The notes below the pieces were generated by a model that saw nothing but the letters and a program-made list of their open reading frames with translations, was not told where the DNA came from and did no database searches. A DNA stretch of 64,000 nt from Candidatus Nomurabacteria bacterium (GTDB taxonomy: Bacteria > Patescibacteriota > Minisyncoccia > Phycocordibacterales > UBA918), in the NCBI GenBank assembly GCA_023898585.1, contig CP060229.1, forward strand, positions 139,388 through 203,387, written 5' to 3'. How positions within the stretch are numbered: the stretch's first letter is position 1; each line of letters starts with the position of its first letter. Positions 8,996 to 18,968 of the stretch are shown here, one piece after another. A program made the position numbers and the translations under genes.

Positions 8996-9768
8996 ATTCC
9001 CTAGTAACCAATCTTCGCACCGGAAGGGTGCGTTACACTTTGAGTAAGATACTCACCCTAACACATCTGTTCATCGCTTCGCTGTTTATTCTGCGGGTTT
9101 GGCTACCGGATTCATCCGCTCTGTTAGCCGCCTACGGGTTCATTGCTGCCGCCATCGCCTTTTCTATTCAAGACGTCTTCAAAAATGCTATCGGCGGTGT
9201 CTTGATTTTGATTCGCAATCTGTTTAGCGTGGGTGACCGAGTGCAATTAGGAAAAGATTACGGTGATGTTCTCGATATAGGTATTTTATACACAAGAGTA
9301 TTGGAAATAAAAAATTGGGTGGACGGAGACCAGCCGACCGGAAGAATAGTCTCCGTACCAAACGGCATTGTAATCAGTTCCGCAACCCACAACTACACCG
9401 CTGATCACTCATTTATTTGGGATGAGATTCACGTACCAATAACTTACGACAGCGATTGGCGAAAAGCTGAGTCAGTGATGTCTGAGGTGGTTCAAGAACA
9501 TACTGCCCATCTTAGTATACAGGCCACGAAAGAAATGGAACTATTGAAGAATAAATATTTTCTCACCAGTGATTCTATTGAACCGAATGTCTACCTAAAG
9601 ACAACCGACAATTGGATAAGCGTGTATTTGCGCTATATAGTCAGTTCTCGCGAACGCAGAGAGGTCAATAGCCGTATTCATCGAGAAATACTGGTTCGGT
9701 TAAAGAAAGAGCGGAAGGTCAGAATTGCCTCGGCCACCATGTCGATTGACGCAAAAATATCAAAATAA
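8983..9768 (+). CDS. MscS-family mechanosensitive channel, 5'-truncated. The available ATG lies inside the IS remnant.
   Basis: 261 aa. Contains the pore-helix signature AAIAFSIQDVFKNAIGGVLILIRNLFSVGDRVQLG followed by the beta/alpha-beta cytoplasmic domains. Only 1-2 of the expected 3 TM helices remain. Confidence 0.6.
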   Translation: MPPGHSLVTNLRTGRVRYTLSKILTLTHLFIASLFILRVWLPDSSALLAAYGFIAAAIAFSIQDVFKNAIGGVLILIRNLFSVGDRVQLGKDYGDVLDIGILYTRVLEIKNWVDGDQPTGRIVSVPNGIVISSATHNYTADHSFIWDEIHVPITYDSDWRKAESVMSEVVQEHTAHLSIQATKEMELLKNKYFLTSDSIEPNVYLKTTDNWISVYLRYIVSSRERREVNSRIHREILVRLKKERKVRIASATMSIDAKISK

Positions 9769-9806
9769 TATTTTAATGTGTTGATCCTACGCCCGTTTAG
9801 GTAGAG

Positions 9807-10801
9807 TTAATTTCCAACACCCCCTTTGATGTACTTATTATTGATCGTAATTGAAGCATAACCTAGGCCAATGAAGATAAACCCAAGAATCACCAACGCT
9901 ACCGGCCAACCGAGTGAGTCCGCGAAATATTCATTTGTTATATATGTTATGTGAGCGATCAGAAAGATAGTGCTCATAATCAAGAAAATTCGACTCTTAG
10001 TATAGACAGACAAAAACAGCACTCCGAACACAACCAAAAAGTAGAACAATTCCCAGAAACCGGACTCAAACACTCTGGCAAAAGAAGCGCCAAGAAAACC
10101 GGTGACACCGAAAAAGTTCAACGCCCCAATCAACTTGTCATTCCAACCGTCCTTAAACGAGTGGGCGAGAAGTACGTAACTTACACCAAGGATCATGGTC
10201 AGGTACTGAAACAGTACTTCCATATCGTTATAATCCAGTATCGGGTCAAACAAAGCAGTAACTGTGAGATAAGTAGCTAATGTTCCATTAGCAATGGCAA
10301 AGAAAGTCAGGACGGCATTCCTGTGTACAAAATTCAAGACCAGATAAAATACAAAAACACCAATAAACACCAAAGCAAATGACCAATCCGTATGAAGATT
10401 AAACTCATCGAGAGTGACTAATGCCCCACCCGGTATTAGCATTCCTCCGATAAAATAAAATATGGTACCAAGTTCCGTCTCTGGTCTTTGTTTTAGTAAA
10501 ACTGATCCGAGCAGAGACATCAGTAAACCGAGGCCAAGCGTGATTAAAATATGTCCGAAAGATCCCATGTCATCCCAAATCTGAGCTATAAAGATAATCG
10601 CTCCGATGACCACAACACCGCCACCAAGTACGTACAACATTTTTGTGACCGAAAGATGCTGACCGATGTTGAATCCCGCCATTTTACTTTCGTCCAGACG
10701 TTTGTTCTCAACTAGGCCAAGTCTCGCTATAATCTCATCCCGACTCAACTCCCCACTGTTTATCCTCAGGGACAATTCCTCTATTAATTGTTCTTTATCC
10801 A
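9807..10801 (-). CDS. Polytopic membrane protein, paralog of the 6899-8404 gene (short cytoplasmic N-terminal domain then about 10 TM helices)
   Basis: Start taken at MDKEQLIEELSLRINSGELSRDEII... The further upstream extension overlaps the next gene. Confidence 0.45.
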
Positions 10802-10812
10802 TAATAATTAAA

Positions 10813-11406
10813 TTAATTACGCCCCGGTAATACCCAACCGATAAATTGAAAATCGTCATTGTAATAATAGCGTTCCCTATCATTTATCAAATTCAGCTTT
10901 CTCTTTGCGTTTCCTTTTACCAGATACAGTCCGTACGACGAGCCTCCGTCAAACAAAATGAAGAAATCGCCACCTCGGGAATAATGACTAGAGACAGACA
11001 CTCCGTCAGGCGAAGTTATGAGTTCATTCAAGTTAAGTGACTGTGCCTCTTCCAAAGTGATTTCTCTACTTTCGTTCAACTTTGTGTCGTGTAAAAAGAG
11101 TCGTACGGTGTACCCTTCTTTGACGTCAGGTATGTCATCGTTATCAGAATCAAGTGTAGGATCGATATCATTTAAAACCAACCGACCATTCACAACTGAG
11201 TGTCTTTTTTGTAGATAGTTTTCACAACGGTAAGAATAGTAACCGTAACCATCGGTACAAGAGGAGTAGACGAAATTATAATTTGTAGAAATAAATAAAG
11301 ACGGCAAAAGCGAACTAAGTGCAATTACAACAATAAACAACACTGGTAAAGAAAACGCGATGATGATTACAACATTTTCTTTAAGAAATTTTTTCATATT
11401 ATACAA
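10813..11406 (-). CDS. Hypothetical N-terminally anchored or secreted protein
   Basis: 197 aa with an N-terminal hydrophobic helix (VVIIIAFSLPVLFIVVIALSSLL). No recognisable motifs. Confidence 0.35.
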   Translation of the reverse strand: MYNMKKFLKENVVIIIAFSLPVLFIVVIALSSLLPSLFISTNYNFVYSSCTDGYGYYSYRCENYLQKRHSVVNGRLVLNDIDPTLDSDNDDIPDVKEGYTVRLFLHDTKLNESREITLEEAQSLNLNELITSPDGVSVSSHYSRGGDFFILFDGGSSYGLYLVKGNAKRKLNLINDRERYYYNDDFQFIGWVLPGRN

Positions 11407-11731
11407 ATACTACAATGGATTTCCGTGTGTGGCCAGTGGTTTGGGAATACTTATCAGTTTAGACAAATGGTGTAAGAGATAATCAATCTGTATGCGCCTT
11501 GCCTCACTTTTTTCAGTTTTTTTAATTTTATTTCACCTTTCTAACCCACAACCAAGTATATCAGTTACGCTCGAGACACTATCAACCCAGAATTTGAAAC
11601 TAGCTAAAACGGTCAAGCAAGGCTTGACCGACCACGGTTCTAACTCGAGACCGCCCGCAAATCATCTTCTTCACAAAACTGGCAATCAATTTGTAACCAA
11701 ACAAACCAAAACTCCCATCATAAGACTGTGA

Positions 11732-12238
11732 CTAGCTAGCACGAGAACGACGGCTCTTCTCCTTAGCTGCATCTAAAGCGGCTGCTTCTGCGGCAGCCTT
11801 CTGAGCTGCTAATTGAGCGGCTGCTTCTGCGGCGGCAAGCTCAGCTACTAATTGGGCTTCCTTTTGGGCTGTTAATTGTGCCTCGACTCTAGCTGCTTCT
11901 TCAGCGGCTTTTTGAGCCGCTACTGCTCGTAATCTTTCGGCTTCAGCTGCGTTGGATTCAGCCTCAGCTTTGGCTATAGCAGCTTCCTCGGCAGCTTTAG
12001 CCTCAGCCTCTTTTCTGGCTTCTTCTAGTTTTTTAGCCAAGAGTTCTGCCTGGAGTAGCCTTTCCCTCTCAAACAAAATCTCGTTTAGTTTTTCTTCTGT
12101 CTTCAATTCTTCATCAGCTAAATTAGCTTCTAGGAGAGCCAGGGTTTTGGCTTGTTTATGATAAAAAAGTGAACCAACAATAGCCAAGGTTATTACAAGC
12201 CCAAAAGTGACTAATACATTGTTAACTTCTTTCCGCAT
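11732..12238 (-). CDS. Membrane-anchored Ala/Glu/Lys-rich coiled-coil protein (TolA-like low-complexity)
   Basis: 168 aa. One N-terminal TM helix, then AEEAARVEAQLTAQKEAQ... repeats. Confidence 0.4.
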   Translation of the reverse strand: MRKEVNNVLVTFGLVITLAIVGSLFYHKQAKTLALLEANLADEELKTEEKLNEILFERERLLQAELLAKKLEEARKEAEAKAAEEAAIAKAEAESNAAEAERLRAVAAQKAAEEAARVEAQLTAQKEAQLVAELAAAEAAAQLAAQKAAAEAAALDAAKEKSRRSRAS

Positions 12239-12266
12239 AGACTTTTTAAGTTATAAACTTATTAGA

Positions 12267-12437
12267 TTAATCAATCTTCTGCCACATATGAGCATCCCTT
12301 TTTGTCGTCTCACATTCAGCACATTTGAAGTTATCAGGTAAATCTTCCCATTTGGTTCCGGCGGAATATCCCCGATCCGGATCGCCGACTGCTTCATCAT
12401 AGATCCATCCACATTCTAAACATACATATTGTGACAT
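12267..12437 (-). CDS. rd: Rubredoxin
   Basis: MSQYVCLECGWIYDEAVGDPDRGYSAGTKWEDLPDNFKCAECE: CxxCG...(about 30 aa)...CxxC with the conserved GDPD and WEDLPD rubredoxin hallmarks. Confidence 0.75.
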   Translation of the reverse strand: MSQYVCLECGWIYDEAVGDPDRGYSAGTKWEDLPDNFKCAECETTKRDAHMWQKID

Positions 12438-12500
12438 AAATAATCTCAAGTTAATTACTTTTCCTGTTCCTAAATATGGTACAAAATGAACATGAATAGT

Positions 12501-13547
12501 TTATGAAGAAGATGGGATAGTCACAGTCATCTTTGTACCCTTTCCAATTTCGCTCACCAAATCTATTTCTGCACCAATTTTATCAGCAATATTCCGAACA
12601 ATAGATAGTCCTAGACCAGCTCCATTTTCTGAGGTCTGCTTACGTGACGTGTCTAGTTTTGTAAAACGTGAAAAAACAGTTTCCAACTTGTCATTTGGAA
12701 TACCAATACCGGTATCCTCAACAACCAATTCTACTGTGTTTCCGGTTTGTTTAAGACCAACCCGGATATTGCCATTTTTCTTATTATAATCAACCGCATT
12801 TTTGAGGATGTTTTGTAGCAACTGAATGTAACTGTCTGCATCAATCATCAATTTGACATCCTTGTCCATGTCAGAAGAGATGACGATATTTTTTTGATCA
12901 GCGTAGTAGAAAAATCGTTCTAGTTCTTTTTGAGTTATGGTTGTTAGATTTTGAATCGTTACATTATCATCGATCGTAAGTGAATCAGAGCGTAATAGTT
13001 GCAGGAGTTGGTTAGCTAGCCTAGTTAGTCTTTCGGACTCTTCTTTGACGTCGAGAATGAATTCTTGATATTTTTTTGTTTTTTGTTCTTTGTGCAACAT
13101 AGTGCAGGCGCCGAGTTGTATAACCGAAAGAGGAGTCCTTAATTCGTGTGCCACGTCTCCCAGAAACTGTTGTTGTCTGTCTTGGTTCTCTTTGATTGGT
13201 CTTAGAGTACGTTTAGAAAACTGGTAAGAGGTCATACTTACCAATAACAGAATGATAATATCAACAAGAGCAATGACGCTCGATAAATGTTCTCTGAATT
13301 CATAAGTATTCCATTTTTCATGCAGTAAATAATCTTCTTCCACTTCATCCTCAAAAAATTCAAAGGTTGGTTTGGTCCCACTTTCTTCGGCAGGACTAAA
13401 TAAGACCAGTATAGAAACACTACTGATTAAAAGAATTATTGCTGTACTTAATACATAGTAAAATGTCAGCTTTCGTGTCGCTTTTTCAAATTCGTTAGTT
13501 TTGGAAAGCGTAGCCGACACCGCGAATGGTTTTAATATATTTATCAT
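12501..13547 (-). CDS. Sensor histidine kinase (HisKA plus HATPase_c, two TM helices)
   Basis: H-box VAHELRTPLSVIQ, N-box LKNAVDYNKKNGNIRV, G-boxes EDTGIGIP and GAGLGLSIVRNIADKIG. Confidence 0.8.
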   Translation of the reverse strand: MINILKPFAVSATLSKTNEFEKATRKLTFYYVLSTAIILLISSVSILVLFSPAEESGTKPTFEFFEDEVEEDYLLHEKWNTYEFREHLSSVIALVDIIILLLVSMTSYQFSKRTLRPIKENQDRQQQFLGDVAHELRTPLSVIQLGACTMLHKEQKTKKYQEFILDVKEESERLTRLANQLLQLLRSDSLTIDDNVTIQNLTTITQKELERFFYYADQKNIVISSDMDKDVKLMIDADSYIQLLQNILKNAVDYNKKNGNIRVGLKQTGNTVELVVEDTGIGIPNDKLETVFSRFTKLDTSRKQTSENGAGLGLSIVRNIADKIGAEIDLVSEIGKGTKMTVTIPSSS

Positions 13548-14160
13548 GTTGACCTCCTAATTTTTGGCGTAACTGTTTAATGTATACGTCAGTAATATTG
13601 CTGAATGCACTGTAAGAAAAGTCCCAGCAATGGTCAAGTAGCTGTTCTCTAGTCACTACTGAACCAGCGTTACGCATGAGATATTCTAGAACTGCATACT
13701 CTTTCAGAGTCAGCGTGACCGGATTACGACCCACCTTAACCGTTCTCGAGTTACAGTTTAATGATACATCTTGGACTATTATCTGATCACAGACGGAGGA
13801 GGTTGGACGGCGCAATAAAGCCCTCGTACGGGCTATTAGTTCTTCCATTGCAAAAGGTTTAATGAGATAATCATCAGCGCCACTATCGAGACCTTCGACT
13901 CTGTCTTCTATCTCTCCTTTAGCTGTCAGCATTAGTATTGGCGTCACGTCACCAACAGCTCGAACATTTCTACAAGTGACGACACCATTTTGTTCGGGGA
14001 GCATGACATCGAGGATAATCAAATCATAGCCTCCGTTTATAATACGCCGTTCGGCAGTTGCACCATCACCAACAACATCGACAGCGTAAGATTCATATTC
14101 CAATGCTTGCTTGATGTATTTCGCTAGTTTGTCTGTGTCTTCAACCACCAATATCTTCAT
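13495..14160 (-). CDS. OmpR-family response regulator (receiver plus winged-helix DNA-binding domain)
   Basis: MKILVVEDTDKL...DLIILDVMLP...LMLTAKGEIEDRVEGLDSGADDYLIKPF, and C-terminal VGYAF. Confidence 0.85.
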   Translation of the reverse strand: MKILVVEDTDKLAKYIKQALEYESYAVDVVGDGATAERRIINGGYDLIILDVMLPEQNGVVTCRNVRAVGDVTPILMLTAKGEIEDRVEGLDSGADDYLIKPFAMEELIARTRALLRRPTSSVCDQIIVQDVSLNCNSRTVKVGRNPVTLTLKEYAVLEYLMRNAGSVVTREQLLDHCWDFSYSAFSNITDVYIKQLRQKLGGQHDKYIKTIRGVGYAFQN

Positions 14161-14221
14161 ATTGTTAATATTAACGCTTATTCATGATAACTTCATCTTA
14201 GACTTTTAACATGAACATATT

Positions 14222-15121
14222 ATGAATGAATATTCCTATTCGGAAAGACACATGGGGACCGATACCACGGTATCTTTAATAATGGATGACAGAAAAAAAT
14301 CTGAGAGGTTAGCAAAGCAGACATTTTCGGTAATTAATACTTACGAGACCTTGTTCTCACGGTTTTTATCAGACAGTGAGTTGTCTATTTTGAACCGAAC
14401 CGGATCGCATATAGTGTGTGAAGAATTTATTGATGTATTAGAATGTAGTTTGGAACTATCGAGGTTAACCAAGGGAGGGTTTAACCCTTTGGTGCAAGTA
14501 TCTAAACTTGGCTACCGTCAAAATTTTTCTGAAATCAATAACCATGGAAGTGAAATTGAAGATGCTATATATGATATTGATGTAAATAAAATAAGGATTG
14601 ATAAAGAGACAAGAAAAGTAACTTTAGGAATCAGTCAGAAACTGGATATGGGGGGTGTCTTAAAAGGTTATCTGGCATCCAAGTTGGCTGATGAGATAAT
14701 GTCAGATAACAACGACTGCCATGGTTGTATTATTAACATCGGGGGTGACTTGGCAACTCGTGGTCTGGATGAACTTCACGAACCATTCATCTTCTTACTG
14801 TACAATCCAATCACCGGTGAAGAGACTGCGCTTCCCCTCACCGACACCTCACTATCTACTAGTGGGACTTATGCCAGAGTATGGCAAACTAATCATGGAA
14901 AAAAACATCACATCGTTGATGGTTTAAGTAGAAAAAACCCTGAGACTGACTTAACTTCTGTCAGCATAAATCATCATGACGGTTCAATGAGTGAAGCCTT
15001 GACTAAACTTTTTTTAGTCCATGGTCTAAAACAAGCATTAAAAATAGTTCCGCCCACTATTTTCAATTATCAATATTTTTGTGTTTCAAACGACGGAAAA
15101 ATTAGTTCTAACATGGTATGA
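14222..15121 (+). CDS. apbE: FAD:protein FMN transferase (ApbE/Ftp family), apparently without a signal peptide
   Basis: 299 aa with ApbE motifs MGTDTTVS, DMGGVLKGY, INIGGDLATRG, STSGTYARVW and HHIVDG. Confidence 0.75.
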   Translation: MNEYSYSERHMGTDTTVSLIMDDRKKSERLAKQTFSVINTYETLFSRFLSDSELSILNRTGSHIVCEEFIDVLECSLELSRLTKGGFNPLVQVSKLGYRQNFSEINNHGSEIEDAIYDIDVNKIRIDKETRKVTLGISQKLDMGGVLKGYLASKLADEIMSDNNDCHGCIINIGGDLATRGLDELHEPFIFLLYNPITGEETALPLTDTSLSTSGTYARVWQTNHGKKHHIVDGLSRKNPETDLTSVSINHHDGSMSEALTKLFLVHGLKQALKIVPPTIFNYQYFCVSNDGKISSNMV

Positions 15122-15744
15122 AAGCTTATTTTAATTTCATCAAATACTTCCAAAATATATTAATGGCCTCGGGAATAGTAATTCTTGCGACATTGCCTAT
15201 CTCGCTAGCATTGGTACCAAAATGGTTCACTGACAATGTTTATTTTTGGTTGTTTGCAGTCGCCCATTTTACCTTGTTTCTAGTCATGTTGGTGCGACCA
15301 CTAGCTGACATACTTAGGGGCATAACCTGGCTTCGTCCACTTGTTATCTTACGTAAAGGAATGGGTGTATTGTCTGCTTCGATTATCGTATCCTTTATCT
15401 TAAGCAAACTCATTATTGACGCTTCTGGTTATCTGCACAGCCTTACGACTGTTGACTATTGGTCATTGCAAAATCTGGCCCTTTTTGCACATTTAGCGGA
15501 CATATCAGCAGTATTACTGCTTGTTACTTCTAACAATCTGTCCAAACGACTTCTGGGCAAAAATTGGAAGCGACTTCAACGACTGTCTTATGTCTATTTC
15601 TACGCGAGTGGTCTCTATGTTTATTTTATCTTGGAAGAAACCCATGTTCTAGGTTATTTGATCATAGTAACTATCTTTACCTTGTTGGCCTGGATGCGTA
15701 ATCACGGTTTTATTTTGAAAAATAACGAGCCTCAAACTATTTAA
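15118..15744 (+). CDS. Ferric-reductase-like transmembrane domain protein (MsrQ/YedZ-like, about 6 TM)
   Basis: 208 aa. The C-terminal LGKNWKRLQRLSYVYFYASGLYVYFIL parallels the MsrQ LGKHWQQLHNFVYLVAIL region. Only 2 of the usual 4 heme-ligating His are obvious. Confidence 0.5.
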   Translation: MKAYFNFIKYFQNILMASGIVILATLPISLALVPKWFTDNVYFWLFAVAHFTLFLVMLVRPLADILRGITWLRPLVILRKGMGVLSASIIVSFILSKLIIDASGYLHSLTTVDYWSLQNLALFAHLADISAVLLLVTSNNLSKRLLGKNWKRLQRLSYVYFYASGLYVYFILEETHVLGYLIIVTIFTLLAWMRNHGFILKNNEPQTI

Positions 15745-15747
15745 TTT

Positions 15748-16455
15748 ATGAACCCCATCAAACAAATTGCAGGCACAGTTAATAAGGTGCGCGATCTCTC
15801 CCCAACAGCACGAGAATACACCATTAGACCGGACAACCCTTTTCCTTTTGTGGCCGGAACTTTCGTAAACCTGTTTGTTACCCATGAGGGAGAGGTAATT
15901 AGACGAGCTTTTTCCATCTCCTCAAATGATGATAATAATCTGGAATTTACTTTATCCATACGCTTGAGCCCCGACGGTAAACTCACACCAATCATGTGGT
16001 CAAAAAATATGATTGGAGAAAAAGTGAAAATAATGGGACCTTTAGGACTTAACACGGTTGACCGGATACAATCAAACAAAATATTTCTTTTTGGTTTTGG
16101 AATTGGCGCCGGGGTAGTTAAGTCATTAGCTGAGCATATAGTAAACAATCGCCAAGAGTTGGAATCATTAACAATAGTCACAGGCAATCGCAGTGCGAGT
16201 GAGATATTACACAAAGATTTTTTTGATAACTTAGCTGAGAAAAATGAAAAAGTATCAGTCAAGTATGTGGTCTCTGATAAAAAAGAACCGCATGGGCACC
16301 CAACCGGTTACATCCAAGAACACATAAATACATACGACTTTAATGATTCTGATATTTATATATGTGGACAGTCAATTGCATGTGTCGACTTGGAGGAAAA
16401 AATAAAACTTACCAAACCCCGAAACAGCCACTTTCTAATTGAAGATTTTCACTAG
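15748..16455 (+). CDS. FNR-like FAD/NAD(P)-binding oxidoreductase (ferredoxin-reductase-type flavoprotein)
   Basis: 235 aa with RRAFSISS (an RxYS-type FAD-binding motif) and a GFGIGAGV glycine-rich nucleotide-binding loop. It starts 4 nt after the ferric-reductase-like gene. Confidence 0.55.
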   Translation: MNPIKQIAGTVNKVRDLSPTAREYTIRPDNPFPFVAGTFVNLFVTHEGEVIRRAFSISSNDDNNLEFTLSIRLSPDGKLTPIMWSKNMIGEKVKIMGPLGLNTVDRIQSNKIFLFGFGIGAGVVKSLAEHIVNNRQELESLTIVTGNRSASEILHKDFFDNLAEKNEKVSVKYVVSDKKEPHGHPTGYIQEHINTYDFNDSDIYICGQSIACVDLEEKIKLTKPRNSHFLIEDFH

Positions 16456-16571
16456 AATGTAAATGGGGTACACTTTGGGAATATGATTGGTTATACATCC
16501 AAATTTATACGACTTACTTATCTGGGTCGATAATCATCTAAGAGACTATACGGACATCAACCTTAACCACT

Positions 16572-16600
16572 AAAAAAACCGCCCATGAGGGCGGTTTTTT
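16572..16600. terminator. Bidirectional rho-independent terminator
   Basis: aaaaaaaccgcccatgagggcggttttttt: a GC stem flanked by A and T runs. Confidence 0.6.
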
Positions 16601-17423
16601 TATTTTGTATTTTTCGGGCTAAAGAAACAATCTAGGACCTAAAACACCAAAACCACGGCTCTGTATAGCCGTGGTTTTATGTTTATCTAGCTCGCATGGT
16701 TAATAAACGAGTTAGATGTCCCTATTGTTTATCATTACAAACTAAAAAGAAAGGTAAACAAAGTGGTAGACAGCGCTATGGTTGCAACGATTGTGGTAAA
16801 CGATTTCAAACTAAGCAGAGAGAAACAGGGTTGGTTAATAAATTATGGGAAGAGTATACACATCAAAAACAAACGCTGACCGAACTGTCTAACAAATACA
16901 AGAAGAGTCACGTCTGGGTACGTACACGATTAGATCAAGTTAAAACCTCAATACCAAACATACAACCACAAAAGACGGTTATCGTAGCTGACACCACCTT
17001 CTGGGGACGACACTACGGTGTCTGTGTCTTTAGATCATGGAACTTACGAAGAAACATTTGGTGGGGTGAGGTTGAGACTGAGAAAGTGTCTCACTATCAC
17101 TACGCTCGTAAATTATTAGAAGAACGTGGTTGGACATTCATCGCTGCCGTAGTGGACGGAAGGCGTGGATTAGCAACGGTTTTTAAGGATATACCAGTAC
17201 AAATCTGTCAGTTTCATCAACTGAAGACCGTGACCAAGTACTTAACTAGAAAGCCAAAGACTGAAGCTGGTAAAGAACTGCGAAAACTGGCTTTAACACT
17301 CACGAAAACAAACGAAGAAGACTTTGCTAAAGCTCTAACTATTTGGGAGGAGAAGTATCATAATTTCTATACTGAGAAAACGTACGTTACCTGTACTAAC
17401 CATTGGTACTACACACACAAGAA
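16601..17423 (+). mobile_element. Zinc-ribbon DDE IS element (IS1595/IS1-like) copy A, 3'-truncated by the nested IS3 insertion
   Basis: Identical to copy B (42570-43610) from the left end through ...TCTNHWYYTHKN. It then abuts the IS3 terminal IR at 17424. Confidence 0.7.
16696..17423 (+). pseudogene. Transposase of IS copy A (truncated after about 242 codons)
   Basis: N-terminal CPYC...CNDCGKRF zinc ribbon. The sequence diverges from copy B at residue about 243, where IS3 begins. Confidence 0.7.
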
Positions 17424-17440
17424 TGGAAGGTACCCCAAAA

Positions 17441-18217
17441 TTAAGACACCTTTTGCAAGTCTTTTAATAATACCTCATGTTGGTCTCTAAACAACTGTGG
17501 TGGTTGCTTTAGAGCGGAGTGGATACGTTTTTGATTGTAATAATTAATAGTCTGATAAATATTAGCCACTAACTCACCGAGAGTATCAAACCGGTTTGGG
17601 TCACCTAAGTCCAATTTGAACCCTTTATAGAAACTCTCTTGGTAACCATTCTCCCAGGGACAACCGGGGGCACTCATGGATTGCTTGATACCAAGTGATT
17701 GTACTAGGTTGGTATAGTCTTGACTGGTGTACTCACTCCCTTGATCAGAGTGAATGATACGAGGTGGTGGGCGGTGAAGCACGGCACTCGCTAAAGCATT
17801 TAATACCAGTTGAGTATTATGGGTGGTTAAGACTGACACTCCAACTATCTCTCTGGTATAGACATCTAGTACCGTTGCTACGTATAACCATCTATCTTGA
17901 TACTTAAGATGAGTGAAATCGGAAACGTAAATGTCACCAGGTCCAACTGGAGATTCACTCATCAGGTAGTTGGGAAACACACTACCTTTAGGCTTTCTAT
18001 AGACTTTTTTGGCTGTTCTTCGATAAGGTTTGATGTCAAAGAGTTTCATCACCCGTAGCACCTTCTTCTTGTTCATCTTGAGGTGTTGCGATAACCGTTT
18101 GTGTCCGTACCCTGGATGCTCACGAAGAGCCATCTCAATCTGTTGTTTGGTGTGCCAATCCTTTTGAGGTTGTTTATGGTGATAATAGTGATGCGTACGT
18201 GAATAACCGATCACCAT
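17441..18217 (-). CDS. IS3-family transposase OrfB (DDE/rve integrase core)
   Basis: 258 aa with DDE region ...YVSDFTHL...IIHSDQGSEYTS...WENGYQESFYKGFK. Confidence 0.8.
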   Translation of the reverse strand: MVIGYSRTHHYYHHKQPQKDWHTKQQIEMALREHPGYGHKRLSQHLKMNKKKVLRVMKLFDIKPYRRTAKKVYRKPKGSVFPNYLMSESPVGPGDIYVSDFTHLKYQDRWLYVATVLDVYTREIVGVSVLTTHNTQLVLNALASAVLHRPPPRIIHSDQGSEYTSQDYTNLVQSLGIKQSMSAPGCPWENGYQESFYKGFKLDLGDPNRFDTLGELVANIYQTINYYNQKRIHSALKQPPQLFRDQHEVLLKDLQKVS

Positions 18218-18486
18218 CCCTTGGAGAGCCCCTTTTTAGCCTCAATGGACATTTTTATGGTGAGGTCACCGATGATTTGTTTGAGTTGTTCGTTTTCTTT
18301 CTTCACCTTGTTGTGTTCAAGAAGACTCACGGTACCTGTGGCTTTGGTGCCGAGCCAATCATAGATGGTTCGACTACTGATACCGTATTGCTTAGCCGTA
18401 TCACTGACACTCAAGCCTTCGTGTTTGATTTTATTGATAACTTCGGCTTTTATCTCAGCTGAGATCTTGTATCCTTTCTTGGACAT
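18211..18486 (-). CDS. IS3-family transposase OrfA (HTH)
   Basis: 91 aa: MSKKGYKISAEIKAEVINKIKHEGLSVSDTAKQYGISSRTIYDW..., a helix-turn-helix. Confidence 0.8.
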   Translation of the reverse strand: MSKKGYKISAEIKAEVINKIKHEGLSVSDTAKQYGISSRTIYDWLGTKATGTVSLLEHNKVKKENEQLKQIIGDLTIKMSIEAKKGLSKGW

Positions 18487-18639
18487 ATTGCTTGTATTGT
18501 TTAAGTGATAATACTTGCAAAAGTTGTCTTAAGAAAGGGGTACCTTTCAACAAGCCGCTTTTTTGTCGGACTCAGAGGATTATCTAAAGATAAAACAGTT
18601 TATCCAAAAAATCGGAACGAACCCCACGGTTCGTGACAA

Positions 18640-18968
18640 ATCCGCCCGCTTCGCCGCGCCCGCCCCGTCCGAATTTGTCTCGAAACGACGGCGTTTTTTG
18701 CTTTCCTCGCCCCGCCGCGTTCGGTCGTGTAGCGACCTCACGGAACGGGAAGTTTCAATTTGCGGTGCTTTTTGAACGAAGTTCGAACGCTCTACGAACA
18801 AAATCCGCAAGAGTTTGACTAATAACCCGCTCAGCCGCGCCCTCGGCTCCACTCCGTTCCGCCGACCGAAACAAACTCTTTTCTTTTCCGCTTTTAACAA
18901 GAAAAAATGGGGGGCGAAAAAAATGAAAAAGCAAAGAAAAGAGATTTGTTTCGGGAGTTCGCGAGGTG
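18640..18968. repeat. GC-rich repeat arm R1 (inverted relative to R2 at 22080-22440)
   Basis: 18750-18968 is about 97% identical to the reverse complement of 22080-22300. Further upstream the similarity weakens. No convincing ORF. Confidence 0.6.

Larger units (their letters stand above)
17424..18549 (-). mobile_element. Intact IS3-family insertion sequence (orfA/orfB with -1 frameshift site), about 1126 bp
   Basis: The terminal inverted repeats TGGAAGGTACCCCAAAATTAAGACAC (17424-) and TGAAAGGTACCCCTTTCTTAAGACAAC (reverse complement, ending at 18549) are given 5'-3' from each end. The slippery heptamer A_AAA_AAG sits in the orfA/orfB overlap near 18232. Confidence 0.8.

Noticed and set aside
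13238-13420. 60-aa ORF inside the histidine kinase gene
   Set aside because: An internal alternative frame with no independent support.
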